Below are positions 48,672 to 57,991 of a DNA stretch of 64,000 nucleotides, piece by piece. The stretch is taken from positions 20,324-84,323 of the forward strand of contig JADHYC010000002.1 in the NCBI GenBank assembly GCA_016782645.1. The letters run 5' to 3'. The notes beneath the pieces are model-generated. The model saw only the letters and a program-made list of their open reading frames with translations. It made no database searches and was not told the origin of the DNA. The stretch's first letter is position 1, and the number at the start of each line of letters is the position of its first letter. The position numbers and the translations under genes were made by a program. Source of the stretch: Fidelibacterota bacterium (GTDB taxonomy: Bacteria; Fidelibacterota; UBA2242).

Positions 48672-49320
48672 ATTCTGCTTGTTCTTGTGCTAAGTTAATC
48701 TTTTCAGAAATTTGCTCGGAGAGATCGTCTAAGTTGTAATCAATATTCTTATATAATTTAATAGGTTCGCCAAATACCATAGCAATTTTAGAGAATATTT
48801 TTGGTTGGTGGAACTTATCCCAGCTGTTGAATATTCTGTTTCTTGAAGCAGAAGCACCCAGAGGAATTATTGAGGTGCCCGCTTTTTGTATGATTTTTAG
48901 AGTGCTAATCTTGACCTTTTTTAATGGACCGCGAGGACCATCGGGTGTTATCCAAATAATCTTGCCGGGCTGCTTTATTGTCCAGAGAAGTTCAGCAGTT
49001 ACTGCAAAGGCTCGTCTATTACTGGACCCCCTTAGCTGTTGACTATAACCAAGTTTTTTAGCAACTAGTGATGCTGTTTCAGCATCGGAATGAGTCCCAA
49101 TCAAGGGAATGATATTTTTCATTCTAAGGTAGTAGTAGGGAATAACCCAATATCCATGCCAGAACATCAGAATCGCACTGGTTGATCCCCTTTTAACATT
49201 ATTAAGATGATGGGTTCCAAGCTCTTTATACTTGCATGTTGAGAAAAGTATTCGGAGAAAGATGTGACCATAAGTTGAAGCAACCTGCTTCAGCGCTAAT
49301 TTTTTCTTTTTGTTAATCAT
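48655..49320 (-). CDS. DUF374 / lysophospholipid acyltransferase-like protein
   Basis: ILMFWHG, LRGSSNR, WITPDGPRGP, FNSWDKFHQPK..SKIAMVFGEPI. Confidence 0.8.
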   Translation of the reverse strand: MINKKKKLALKQVASTYGHIFLRILFSTCKYKELGTHHLNNVKRGSTSAILMFWHGYWVIPYYYLRMKNIIPLIGTHSDAETASLVAKKLGYSQQLRGSSNRRAFAVTAELLWTIKQPGKIIWITPDGPRGPLKKVKISTLKIIQKAGTSIIPLGASASRNRIFNSWDKFHQPKIFSKIAMVFGEPIKLYKNIDYNLDDLSEQISEKINLAQEQAEYEVKH

Positions 49321-50455
49321 TTATTGAGTGGATGTGACTAATGATTATCTTGCTTGCTTTCTTTGTTGCTCCCGGTCTGCCCAATTTTGATGATACGTCT
49401 TTTAAAAAATTTTTAATTTTGTGCCTGATTTCTGGATTAGCAAGAACTCTTTCGGCTTCTGTGGCAATATTTTGAGGAGAAGCTTTTTTCTGAATCAGCT
49501 CCGGCACGCCTCGGATACCGGCGATTAGATTTGCCATAGCTATAAACGGTATACGTATAAATATCTTTCCCAGAAGGTAGGATATTGGTGAAAGACGGTA
49601 GATGACCACCATGGGGACTTGGTTTATTGCTGCCTCCACAGTTACAGTTCCAGATGATAATATCAGCAGGTCAGATTGAAGCATTATTTCATCATTTCTA
49701 CCTCTTATCCAGTGAAGCCATATATGAGGAAAAGCTCTTTTGTATTTGTCGAAATTTATGTCTGGAGCGATAGCGACAACTGCTTCCAAATTTTTATGCT
49801 TTTCTCGAAGTATTTCAGCAGAGCGTATCAATATTTTGAGGTGTCTATTAACCTCTTGTTTACGGCTACCAGGAAATAATCCTATGAGGTGTGATGCGTT
49901 TTTTGTTTTTATTTTGGGAGGAGGTTTGGGGATCTTGTGCTTGCTGCTTTTAATGTCAAGTAGTGGATGACCAACAAATGTTGCATTCACTCCGCGTTCT
50001 CTATACCATGATTCCTCGAAAGGAAAAATACAAAGGACTTCTTTTGTGTGCCTTTTAAGATTTTTTATGCGTGATTGATGCCATGCCCAAACTTGAGGAC
50101 TAATATAATATATGACGGGGATTCCTCTTTTATGTGCGGCACGAGCTAATCGAAGGTTGAATCCGGGATAATCTATGAGTATGATAAGATCGGGTTTCTC
50201 TTTATCAATGAAGTTAAGAGTGTGTCGCCAAATATTTTTTATTACAGATAGATGTTTTATAACTTCGACAAAGCCCATAAATGCAGTGTCTCGAATATGA
50301 TACAGAAGCTTGGCACCGTAGCGAGCCATATTATCACCGCCAATAGCAGATATTGATATGTTTGGCTCTAGTTTTTTTATCTCTTTAATGAGATTTCCGC
50401 CGTGGACGTCGCCGGATAGTTCCCCGGCTGAGATAAATATTTTATTTGATGACAT
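49313..50455 (-). CDS. lpxB: Lipid-A-disaccharide synthase
   Basis: ISAGELSGDVHG, ILIDYPGFN, YYISPQVWAW, FVGHPL, LFPGSRKQE, SGTVTVE. Confidence 0.97.
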   Translation of the reverse strand: MSSNKIFISAGELSGDVHGGNLIKEIKKLEPNISISAIGGDNMARYGAKLLYHIRDTAFMGFVEVIKHLSVIKNIWRHTLNFIDKEKPDLIILIDYPGFNLRLARAAHKRGIPVIYYISPQVWAWHQSRIKNLKRHTKEVLCIFPFEESWYRERGVNATFVGHPLLDIKSSKHKIPKPPPKIKTKNASHLIGLFPGSRKQEVNRHLKILIRSAEILREKHKNLEAVVAIAPDINFDKYKRAFPHIWLHWIRGRNDEIMLQSDLLILSSGTVTVEAAINQVPMVVIYRLSPISYLLGKIFIRIPFIAMANLIAGIRGVPELIQKKASPQNIATEAERVLANPEIRHKIKNFLKDVSSKLGRPGATKKASKIIISHIHSIND

Positions 50456-51038
50456 GGAGTATATTTATTAGAATTTCTTTACTTATAATAATAGTAATGA
50501 CTACAATGAAGGACTGAAGAGTTCTTCTTTCAGTGCGAAAAACTTTTTTCCAGGGGAGTTTCTTTACAGCCTGTTGCTTTTTCCAGGGAGTCAGCCTTGG
50601 AAATAATCTTGGAACGTTAGAGCAATACTCTTCATATTGTTTGCCGAAAATGTTTTTTAACACTTTTTCTTCAAGAGATATTATGAGACCGTATTGTATG
50701 GAGAAATACAAAAATGCTATTATGAAAAGAGGTAACACCCATGAACCACCTGCAAATAGAGCCACGCCTGCATATATCATAATATTGCCTAAGTAGAGCG
50801 GGTTGCGGACATAGGCAAAGGGTCCCCCAGTCGAAAGCTTTTTAGCGCCAACGTTTCTTGTTCTTGTTCTCCCACCAGCCACACTGACTCCATTTAACCG
50901 AATCCACTCCCCACTGAGAGCTAGTATTGAGCCCGAAATTACACCCCAATAGGTCATATTAGATTGGTATAATAAAACAAAGAGAAATGGTATGGGAGTG
51001 TATCCACGGTATTTGAAAATTATTTTTCTAATGTACAT
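50442..51038 (-). CDS. ICMT/PEMT-family membrane methyltransferase (LmtA-like candidate)
   Basis: GPFAYVRNPLYLGN, EEKVL...YEEYCSNVPRLFP; overlaps lpxB start. Confidence 0.8.
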   Translation of the reverse strand: MYIRKIIFKYRGYTPIPFLFVLLYQSNMTYWGVISGSILALSGEWIRLNGVSVAGGRTRTRNVGAKKLSTGGPFAYVRNPLYLGNIMIYAGVALFAGGSWVLPLFIIAFLYFSIQYGLIISLEEKVLKNIFGKQYEEYCSNVPRLFPRLTPWKKQQAVKKLPWKKVFRTERRTLQSFIVVITIIISKEILINILHVIK

Positions 51039-52081
51039 TATATCAGTGTCTTAAAACTTGACTTTATCTGTTTCTCTATCTGAATGGCAACTTCAAGCGC
51101 TTTTTTACCTTCTTCACCAGTAACAGGTGGAGGGGTACCATTTTTAATTGAGTTGACAAAGGCTCTTAACTCTTCCAACATGGCGTTAGATTTGTCAGTT
51201 TGTAGCTGCTCGTAGAAAATTTTTCGCTTTTTATTATTTTTCGTTTTTAATTCAGTAATTGGAATTGAATTTTTATTTGTGATTTCGTCTTCAATTGATA
51301 ACGAAAAGACCTCTGTAAGATTCTTAAGAAAATCTATAGAGATATATGCGTTTCTCTGGAATATTCGGATTTTCCGCATACTTTTATTTGATACTCTGCT
51401 AGCAGTTATATTTGCGACACAGCCGTTTTTAAACTTAATCCTGGCATTAGCTATATCAATGTTATCAGTCAGTATCGGTGTACCAGCAGCATCAATCTGG
51501 ATGATAGGAGAATTTACTAGGGAAAGTATTATATCAATGTCATGTATCATCAAATCCAGTATGACAGCAACGTCTGTTCCTCTCAGATTAAATGGGGAGA
51601 TTCTGTGAGATTCGATAAAAAGTGGATTAATCTTGAATTTTTTTATACTGGCAAGTGCAGGATTGAATCTTTCAATGTGCCCGATCTGTAGAACGATGTT
51701 GTTATCCCTTGCCAATTTAATTACTTCATTCGCCTCTTCTATTGTTTGCATAAAAGGTTTTTCACAGAATATATGGACTTTTTTCTTTATAGCGGAAAGT
51801 GCAACATCATAATGTGTAAATGTTGGGACTACGATTGATACCCCGTCGCATTGTTCTAATAGAGTATTAAGAGAATTAAAAGACAGGGTGTTTAGTTCTT
51901 TTGAAATCTCCTTTGAACGCTTTTTATCTGAATCATAAAATCCAACGAAATCTATTTCTGGAAGATTTTTGAGATTTTTTATGTGCATTTTCCCAAGGTG
52001 ACCGGCACCAACAACTCCAATTTTTATCATCTCGTCTCCCATAACCTTTTGTGAATATAACTCCTGGAGAACAATTTTCAA
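51038..52081 (-). CDS. Gfo/Idh/MocA oxidoreductase (GnnA-like candidate)
   Basis: IGVVGAGHLG, IFCEKP, QIGHIERFNPA, VILDLMIHDIDI; true start probably ATG 52030 or 52042. Confidence 0.85.
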   Translation of the reverse strand: MKIVLQELYSQKVMGDEMIKIGVVGAGHLGKMHIKNLKNLPEIDFVGFYDSDKKRSKEISKELNTLSFNSLNTLLEQCDGVSIVVPTFTHYDVALSAIKKKVHIFCEKPFMQTIEEANEVIKLARDNNIVLQIGHIERFNPALASIKKFKINPLFIESHRISPFNLRGTDVAVILDLMIHDIDIILSLVNSPIIQIDAAGTPILTDNIDIANARIKFKNGCVANITASRVSNKSMRKIRIFQRNAYISIDFLKNLTEVFSLSIEDEITNKNSIPITELKTKNNKKRKIFYEQLQTDKSNAMLEELRAFVNSIKNGTPPPVTGEEGKKALEVAIQIEKQIKSSFKTLI

Positions 52082-52375
52082 AAGATAAGGTAGAAAAATA
52101 GATTATTTACTTGTAACGACAAGCTTCTAAATGAGGCGAGTGAGATGGTAATCCCTCAGTTATAGGTTCTATTTGTACCACGAAGATCTGCTTCGGAAAT
52201 CTTTTTTTAAAGGTATCTCTATACTTTCAAAACAGAGATTCGCGGTACAGGTATCCGTTTTAAGCTGTAATTTACGTATTACGTGAGATTTGTTGAAAAT
52301 CTTGATTTTACCATACTATATACTGAAATTGAATTGTATATAAACATATAAATGTTTTAGAAGAGGAGGCAGGAG

Positions 52376-53872
52376 TTGAAAAAAGAGAAATTATTAACAT
52401 TTATAATTGCAACAATTATTGCTTATTGGTCTGTAACCTTTTCTGCACAACCGGAAGAGACGGTAATAATTCATTGGAATGATTTTCATACCGCAAATAT
52501 TCCATACAAGCCGTTCTATGAAAATCCTGGAGGTATCTTTGTGGGTGGGTATGCTAATCTTGCGGGTTATATTGATTCTTTGAAGGGTGAATACTCCGAT
52601 GCGATTACATTAAATGCCGGCGATGATTATCAGGGCTCGCCCATTTCTTCAATTACAAAAGGTATGTCGCAAATTTTGATTCTTAACAAAGTTATGCCTA
52701 CAGTCTTTACTCTGGGGAATCACGAGTTTGATTATGGTGTTGATAATCTAAAAAATGCTTTGAATACAGCAAAATTTCATGTTGTTTCTTCAAATATATA
52801 TGATTCGACTAAAAGTGACTTATTAGTTGATCCTTACGTTATTGTATATTCCGGGAAGGTTCGAATAGCGGTTATCGGATTTATCCTTAAAGATTTAAAA
52901 CAGAGCGTATTACAAGGAGCAGTTAAAGGAATGGGAATATTAGACCCATTGGAAACAGTAAATAAATATATTGAAGAGGTTAATGATAAGTCTGACCTTA
53001 TTGTAGTCTTAAGTCACAACGGTTTCGAAAGCGATTCGCTTCTTGCACTTCAATTATCGGGAGTAGATTTAATAATTGGCGGACATTCTCATACAATTTT
53101 ACACCAGCCAGTTGTGGTGAATAATATTTTAATTTGCCAGGCAGGATCACATGGAAGATTTGTTGGTTTGCTGGATGCCCAGGTTAATATTGAGAAAAAA
53201 AAGATAGAATCATATGAATATAAACTTATTGAGACCGAGCTTGGAAAAGTAAGACCGTCAAAACCTGTTGCTCATGTAGTTGATTCACTTGAAGCTACGA
53301 TTGAGAAGGAAATGAATAAAACTATCGGGACACTAAAAACCCCATGGATAAGAAATAGTCGGGGCGAATCAAATGTTGGGAATTGGGTAACAGATGTGAT
53401 GAGAAATAGTTTTGATGCTGATATAGCATTTCAGAATAGCGGTGGCATAAGAAAAGGTCTTGGTGCTGGTCCTATCAAGGTTCGGGACATCTGGGAAATT
53501 TCACCATTTGATAACACAATAATGAAAGTTACAGTAACGGGTTCTCAGTTAAAGAATTTGTTGCAGTGGCGGATCAAAAACCCGAGAGACCTGTTACAAG
53601 TTTCCGGATTAAGTGTCGTTTATAATAGTAGAACTAAAAAGCTAATCAGCACTAAGGTGAATGGTAAGCCTATTAAGAATAAAAGAAAATATACGTTTGT
53701 TACTAATAGCTATGTTGTCGGGCATTTTAGAAGATTTTTTGGAATAAGACCGGAAGATGTTAAAATTGAATCAACCGGAATTATCGGTAGGGAGCCACTA
53801 ATACGGGCTGTTAAAAATCAAGGTATTATTGAAAGCTCTCTTGAGGACCGTTTGGTTGATATAGCAAAATAG
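52376..53872 (+). CDS. Periplasmic 5'-nucleotidase / UDP-sugar hydrolase (UshA-like)
   Basis: Signal peptide, HWNDFH, NAGDDYQG, LGNHEFDYG, LSHNG, IGGHSH, NSGGIR, ISPFDN. Confidence 0.9.
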   Translation: MKKEKLLTFIIATIIAYWSVTFSAQPEETVIIHWNDFHTANIPYKPFYENPGGIFVGGYANLAGYIDSLKGEYSDAITLNAGDDYQGSPISSITKGMSQILILNKVMPTVFTLGNHEFDYGVDNLKNALNTAKFHVVSSNIYDSTKSDLLVDPYVIVYSGKVRIAVIGFILKDLKQSVLQGAVKGMGILDPLETVNKYIEEVNDKSDLIVVLSHNGFESDSLLALQLSGVDLIIGGHSHTILHQPVVVNNILICQAGSHGRFVGLLDAQVNIEKKKIESYEYKLIETELGKVRPSKPVAHVVDSLEATIEKEMNKTIGTLKTPWIRNSRGESNVGNWVTDVMRNSFDADIAFQNSGGIRKGLGAGPIKVRDIWEISPFDNTIMKVTVTGSQLKNLLQWRIKNPRDLLQVSGLSVVYNSRTKKLISTKVNGKPIKNKRKYTFVTNSYVVGHFRRFFGIRPEDVKIESTGIIGREPLIRAVKNQGIIESSLEDRLVDIAK

Positions 53873-53918
53873 TGTAATTTCGCTGGAACACTAAGATTGT
53901 AAAATAAAAGGAGATTTT

Positions 53919-54329
53919 ATGACATCAAAAACCAGGTTGATTATTGGATATATTATTCTTGGTATGGGATTGGTAGGTTTTATAATAGCTGCGGTTGTAG
54001 GATCGTTTTATACCGGATCAATTGCCCTGCTAATATCGCTTATTTTATGGCTGATTGTTTTGAATGTTGGTGCTATCGATGGAATGTGCGGAGTAATCGG
54101 AAGTGTATTGATCTTTTTTGGAGTGATTATAAGCGTTGCCGTGTTTTTATCTGTAGGTGTTCATCTAAATATTTTTGGCAGTCAGGAGATAAACCTCGAG
54201 GGTGTTTTCAAATCACTATTACTCTTATTTCTCTTTATTATGGCTGGGTTTGTATTTGTCTTTTTTAACAATTTAGAGAAAAAGGTAGAAGCACTAAAAA
54301 GAGAGATAGATAAATTAAATATTCAATGA
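53919..54329 (+). CDS. Hypothetical 4-TM membrane protein
   Basis: AAGGAG SD; four hydrophobic segments and short coiled coil. Confidence 0.6.
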   Translation: MTSKTRLIIGYIILGMGLVGFIIAAVVGSFYTGSIALLISLILWLIVLNVGAIDGMCGVIGSVLIFFGVIISVAVFLSVGVHLNIFGSQEINLEGVFKSLLLLFLFIMAGFVFVFFNNLEKKVEALKREIDKLNIQ

Positions 54330-54661
54330 TGGGGTTTTGGTAATAAAATAATCCGATTTTTTTTCTTTATCTATTTGGTTGTCGGTGAGTAAAATATTCA
54401 GGGATCCTATAACTCAGACAGAGAGCATATTACGTCTGATCTTGAGATAGTTATACTGACAATCTTTCTGTTATTACTGCTGTTGTGTAAAAGTTAAGTT
54501 TTTAATAGCCCAAGTCTGTTATATAATTTTTTTATGCAGATTTTTTGGGGGTTTAAACGTTTGACTTTTATTACTTACAATATCTAAATTATTTGGCTTT
54601 TTGTAGAATGAGCTTGTGTTGAAATGTGCAGTCCTCTATTTAATACTTTTGAGTGATAGAT

Positions 54662-54735
54662 GGTGGGTGTAGCTCAGTTGGTAGAGCGACAGGTTGTGGC
54701 CCTGTTGGCCGCGGGTTCAAATCCCGTCACTCACC
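54662..54735 (+). tRNA. tRNA-His(GTG)
   Basis: Cloverleaf; stem ACAGG/CCTGT around loop TTGTGGC; encoded G-1 and C73; CCA not encoded. Confidence 0.95.
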
Positions 54736-54749
54736 CGGATTTCTAATAT

Positions 54750-54821
54750 GGCGCTATCGTCTAGTGGTTAGGACACAGGATTTTCATTCCTGTAACCGGG
54801 GTTCAATTCCCCGTGGCGCTA
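54750..54821 (+). tRNA. tRNA-Glu(TTC)
   Basis: GGCGCTA/TGGCGCT acceptor, CAGGA-TTTTCAT-TCCTG anticodon arm, GGTTCAATTCC T-arm; CCA not encoded. Confidence 0.95.
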
Positions 54822-55050
54822 CTATATCTTCTCAAGGTTGAATATTGTTATAGAGCAAAATTTATAATTATAGTTACCTTTTTTCCAAATTTACAATTTA
54901 CTACTTTTGCATGATATTTCATGAAAGAATCTGTAAAGTGCAATACCACGACTAATTTAATAGTTGAAAATCATATCAAAAGAGTGTATTATTCTAAAGA
55001 GATGATATTCGTTATTAAAAACCCCATTATTTTGTCAATAAGGTAATTAA

Positions 55051-55659
55051 ATGACAAATTTTTCGCGATCTAAGGTTGCTGTTTTAGTCCCGCAAGTTAT
55101 TTCGGTAGTTTTTCATCCACTTATAATTGCACCTCTGACTTTTGGGATGATATTTTTTTCCAACCTGTATAAGACTTCCAAGATGTGGGAATATTTTATT
55201 ATTTCAATTGCTGCTACGCTATTGGCGCCCATAATTCACGTGTCTTTAATGAAGAAGCAAGGGAAAACATCAGGTTTAGATGTTCCTGAGAGAGAGATGC
55301 GCAAGAGCCCTTTCATCTCAGGTATAATTTCATATTTAATAGCCCTGTTTATATTTTGGATGCTTAAAGCGCCAGAGCCTGCTCTGGTACTTATGTGGGC
55401 GTATGCTTTTAATTCAACTGTTGCTACATTGATTACTCACTACTGGAAGATTAGTATTCATGGCATGGCAGTGGGAGGACCTACAGCTGCTTTAGGATAT
55501 GCTCTTTCTTCCAATTTTTATTTACTCTTATTAGCGCTACCTTTAATAGTTTATTCACGTGTAAGTTTAAAGGCACATACTCCCATGCAGGTTATTGCAG
55601 GATTTGCGCTGGGATTTATATTTACAATATCACATTTTAAAATTTTGATGCCGCTTTGA
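55051..55659 (+). CDS. PAP2-like membrane protein
   Basis: Multi-TM; WKISIHG and YSRVSLKAHT motifs resemble PAP2 domains 2 and 3. Confidence 0.65.
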   Translation: MTNFSRSKVAVLVPQVISVVFHPLIIAPLTFGMIFFSNLYKTSKMWEYFIISIAATLLAPIIHVSLMKKQGKTSGLDVPEREMRKSPFISGIISYLIALFIFWMLKAPEPALVLMWAYAFNSTVATLITHYWKISIHGMAVGGPTAALGYALSSNFYLLLLALPLIVYSRVSLKAHTPMQVIAGFALGFIFTISHFKILMPL

Positions 55660-56897
55660 AGTCGAATGGAATTCTGGCTGTAGTTCTCGGTGGAGGTAAG
55701 GGTGCTCGTCTATATCCTCTAACAAAGTATCGGGCAAAACCTGCCGTTCCTATAGCTGGTAAGTTCAGAATAATAGATATTGCCATTAGCAACTGCCTGA
55801 ATAGCGATATCAAAAAGATATTTATATTGACACAATTTAATACACATTCACTACACAGACACATTTATGATACTTATAGATTTGGTCGGCTTTCTCGTGG
55901 ATTTGTGGAGATTTTGGCAGCACAGCAAACATCTGAGAATATGAACTGGTATCAAGGGACAGCTGATGCCGTTCGACAGAACATCTCTTTCATAACTGAT
56001 ATAGATGCTGATTATACTCTTGTACTTTCTGGTGACCACCTCTACAGAATGGACTATAGAGAATTCTTAAAAACGCATGTTGAAAAGAAGGCTGATATTA
56101 CGATTTCTGTAAAACCGGTATCGCGTGAAGAAGCGTCGAGTTTTGGAATTCTTCAGACAGACAGGAAGGGTCGTATACTCAGATTTATTGAAAAGCCTGA
56201 TAATGATGTGTTGAAATCAGTTATGTCGCCGGGGCTTCCAGATAAAAAGCCATTTCTTGCTTCTATGGGAGTTTATATGTTCGCAACTGAATTTCTATTT
56301 AAAGTTTTAGAAGAAAACCCGAGTGATGATTTTGGGAAACATATTATTCCCTCTGCTATTGAATCACATAAAGTATATGCGCATCATTTTAAAGGCTATT
56401 GGAAAGATATTGGAACAGTAAAAGCATTCTTTGATGCTAATCTTGAATTGGCATCAATCAATCCACCGTTTGCTTTCTATGACGAGAACGCCCCTGTTTA
56501 TACCCGTCCACGCTTCTTACCTGGCTCCCGTATGGAAGATTGTCAAATAAACCGTGCTCTTTTGGGAGAAGGCTGCTATGTAAGGAAAAGCGTTATTAGT
56601 AATGCCATTATTGGAATACGTACAATAATCGGTTGTTATGCTAATATAGAGAACTGTGTAATTATGGGTGCAGATTATTATGAATCAATTCCACCGGAAG
56701 GGTTAATCCCAATTGGTATTGGTAATAATTGTGTAGTAAAGAATGCCATAATTGACAAGAATGTAAGAATTGGGAATGGTGTTCAAATTGTGAACAAAAA
56801 GGGTATAAAAGAAATAGAAACCGAAAGGTATTCTATAAGAGATGGAATTATTGTTATTCCAAAGAATGTCGTTATTGAGAATGGCTTTATAATTTAG
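55656..56897 (+). CDS. glgC: Glucose-1-phosphate adenylyltransferase
   Basis: GGGKGARLYPLTKYRAKPAVP, QGTADAVRQ, LSGDHLYRMDY, FIEKP, ASMGVY, YWKDIGT. Confidence 0.96.
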   Translation: MKSNGILAVVLGGGKGARLYPLTKYRAKPAVPIAGKFRIIDIAISNCLNSDIKKIFILTQFNTHSLHRHIYDTYRFGRLSRGFVEILAAQQTSENMNWYQGTADAVRQNISFITDIDADYTLVLSGDHLYRMDYREFLKTHVEKKADITISVKPVSREEASSFGILQTDRKGRILRFIEKPDNDVLKSVMSPGLPDKKPFLASMGVYMFATEFLFKVLEENPSDDFGKHIIPSAIESHKVYAHHFKGYWKDIGTVKAFFDANLELASINPPFAFYDENAPVYTRPRFLPGSRMEDCQINRALLGEGCYVRKSVISNAIIGIRTIIGCYANIENCVIMGADYYESIPPEGLIPIGIGNNCVVKNAIIDKNVRIGNGVQIVNKKGIKEIETERYSIRDGIIVIPKNVVIENGFII

Positions 56898-56932
56898 ATA
56901 GGATATGAAAAGATCAGAATAAAATGTGAAGT

Positions 56933-56997
56933 ATGTATTAGTCAGCAAAGCTCCCGATCCAGAGGGATATCTTGGAGCCTTGCGGCAAATACATTTT
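56933..56997 (+). terminator. Long hairpin after glgC (possible terminator)
   Basis: ATGTATT/AATACAT outer stem, GTCAGCAAAGCTCC/GGAGCCTTGCGGC inner stem, short T-run. Confidence 0.45.
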
Positions 56998-57017
56998 AAA
57001 TATAAGGAAAAAGTTTA

Positions 57018-57827
57018 ATGGACAGAACTTACGACCCTAATCAGACAGTTCTATTTCCAGATCTTTTTGATGATATTACTCTGCCATCTATTACAACGTT
57101 ACCTGACTTTGACCATGCATTAGAAAATTTTGTAAGACTTGCGGATTTTGGTGCATTCATTCAACTGAATTTCAGTGGTATAGATAAATCATTTTCTTTG
57201 AAGCTTAGTGAACTTAAAATACCGAGAAAGTATCTAAGTAAAAGTAGAGCTCTTACATCTCCGGTATTTCACCTTTTCCCGGACGATATACGAAATCAGC
57301 TGAATCGTATGAAATATGAAGTCAGGTCATTTTTTACAAAGAACAATAGTATAAAAACCTCCTTTGGTTATTTTCTTTTCAGGAATTTCTTTCTCAAATG
57401 GGATCTGCACAGAAGGAAAGTTTTGGACGATATCACAGAATTTTTATTGAATGAAATTGGGGCAGAATCCTATAATAGATATTTTGAACGGATCTGGACA
57501 GCTGGCAATCACTGGATAAAATCCAACTTGAACAAAAAAAACCCGTACCTGATTCAGGATTACACCTTCTTAATTATAGAAAAGGACCGAAAGAGACTGG
57601 AGAAAGCGGGTGCAACCTTGTATCATCTAGACAGGAAAGAGCCGGATTTTCTCCTTAACAGCCTTATAATAAAGACACTGCATATTCCTCATACTCTATC
57701 GGATTATGTGAATGGAATTTCTGTTTTTTCTACATTTAAAACGATTTATCTAGAATATCTTAAGACTGTGAAGATTGAATCTATTGAAGATATTAAGAGT
57801 CTTTTTAATTCATTGCAGAGGAAGTGA
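57018..57827 (+). CDS. Hypothetical protein, possibly DUF3150-like
   Basis: 269-aa ORF; pattern GAFIQLNFSG...LFPDDIRNQLNRMKYEVRSFF...FGYFL..F..W recalls DUF3150 (recognised by eye only). Confidence 0.45.
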   Translation: MDRTYDPNQTVLFPDLFDDITLPSITTLPDFDHALENFVRLADFGAFIQLNFSGIDKSFSLKLSELKIPRKYLSKSRALTSPVFHLFPDDIRNQLNRMKYEVRSFFTKNNSIKTSFGYFLFRNFFLKWDLHRRKVLDDITEFLLNEIGAESYNRYFERIWTAGNHWIKSNLNKKNPYLIQDYTFLIIEKDRKRLEKAGATLYHLDRKEPDFLLNSLIIKTLHIPHTLSDYVNGISVFSTFKTIYLEYLKTVKIESIEDIKSLFNSLQRK

Positions 57828-57991
57828 TCTAAAGTGCCTGGAGTGAAAAGTGAAGCGTGAAAATTGCAAAGACAGCTGGCGGAAAATTGATGAATGTGTG
57901 CTAAAGAGCTTTTTAAGTTATGAACAATAAAGAATTATCTAATATTAAATGCGATGACCCTCAAACTTTAGTCACTTTACACTAATAGCGA

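Noticed and set aside
52110-52270. 6S RNA or TPP riboswitch
   Set aside because: The central bubble is very asymmetric for 6S, and the TPP motifs (CTGAG, GAACCT) are in the wrong order; kept only as an unclassified structure.
54407-54456. Multi-stem TATAACT/AGTTATA + CAGAC/GTCTG as a purine riboswitch
   Set aside because: Lacks the conserved purine-aptamer junction sequences and has no adjacent salvage gene downstream.
56941-56986. c-di-GMP-I riboswitch (GCAAAGC core)
   Set aside because: No upstream GGCAAA/GNRA P2 element; it folds as a simple long hairpin after glgC.
54662-57827. Integrative island at tRNA-His/Glu
   Set aside because: No integrase, no repeat of a tRNA 3' end, and the downstream genes are housekeeping.
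57838-57870. GTGAAAA-like heptamer repeats
   Set aside because: Only three degenerate units; not a CRISPR or meaningful tandem array.
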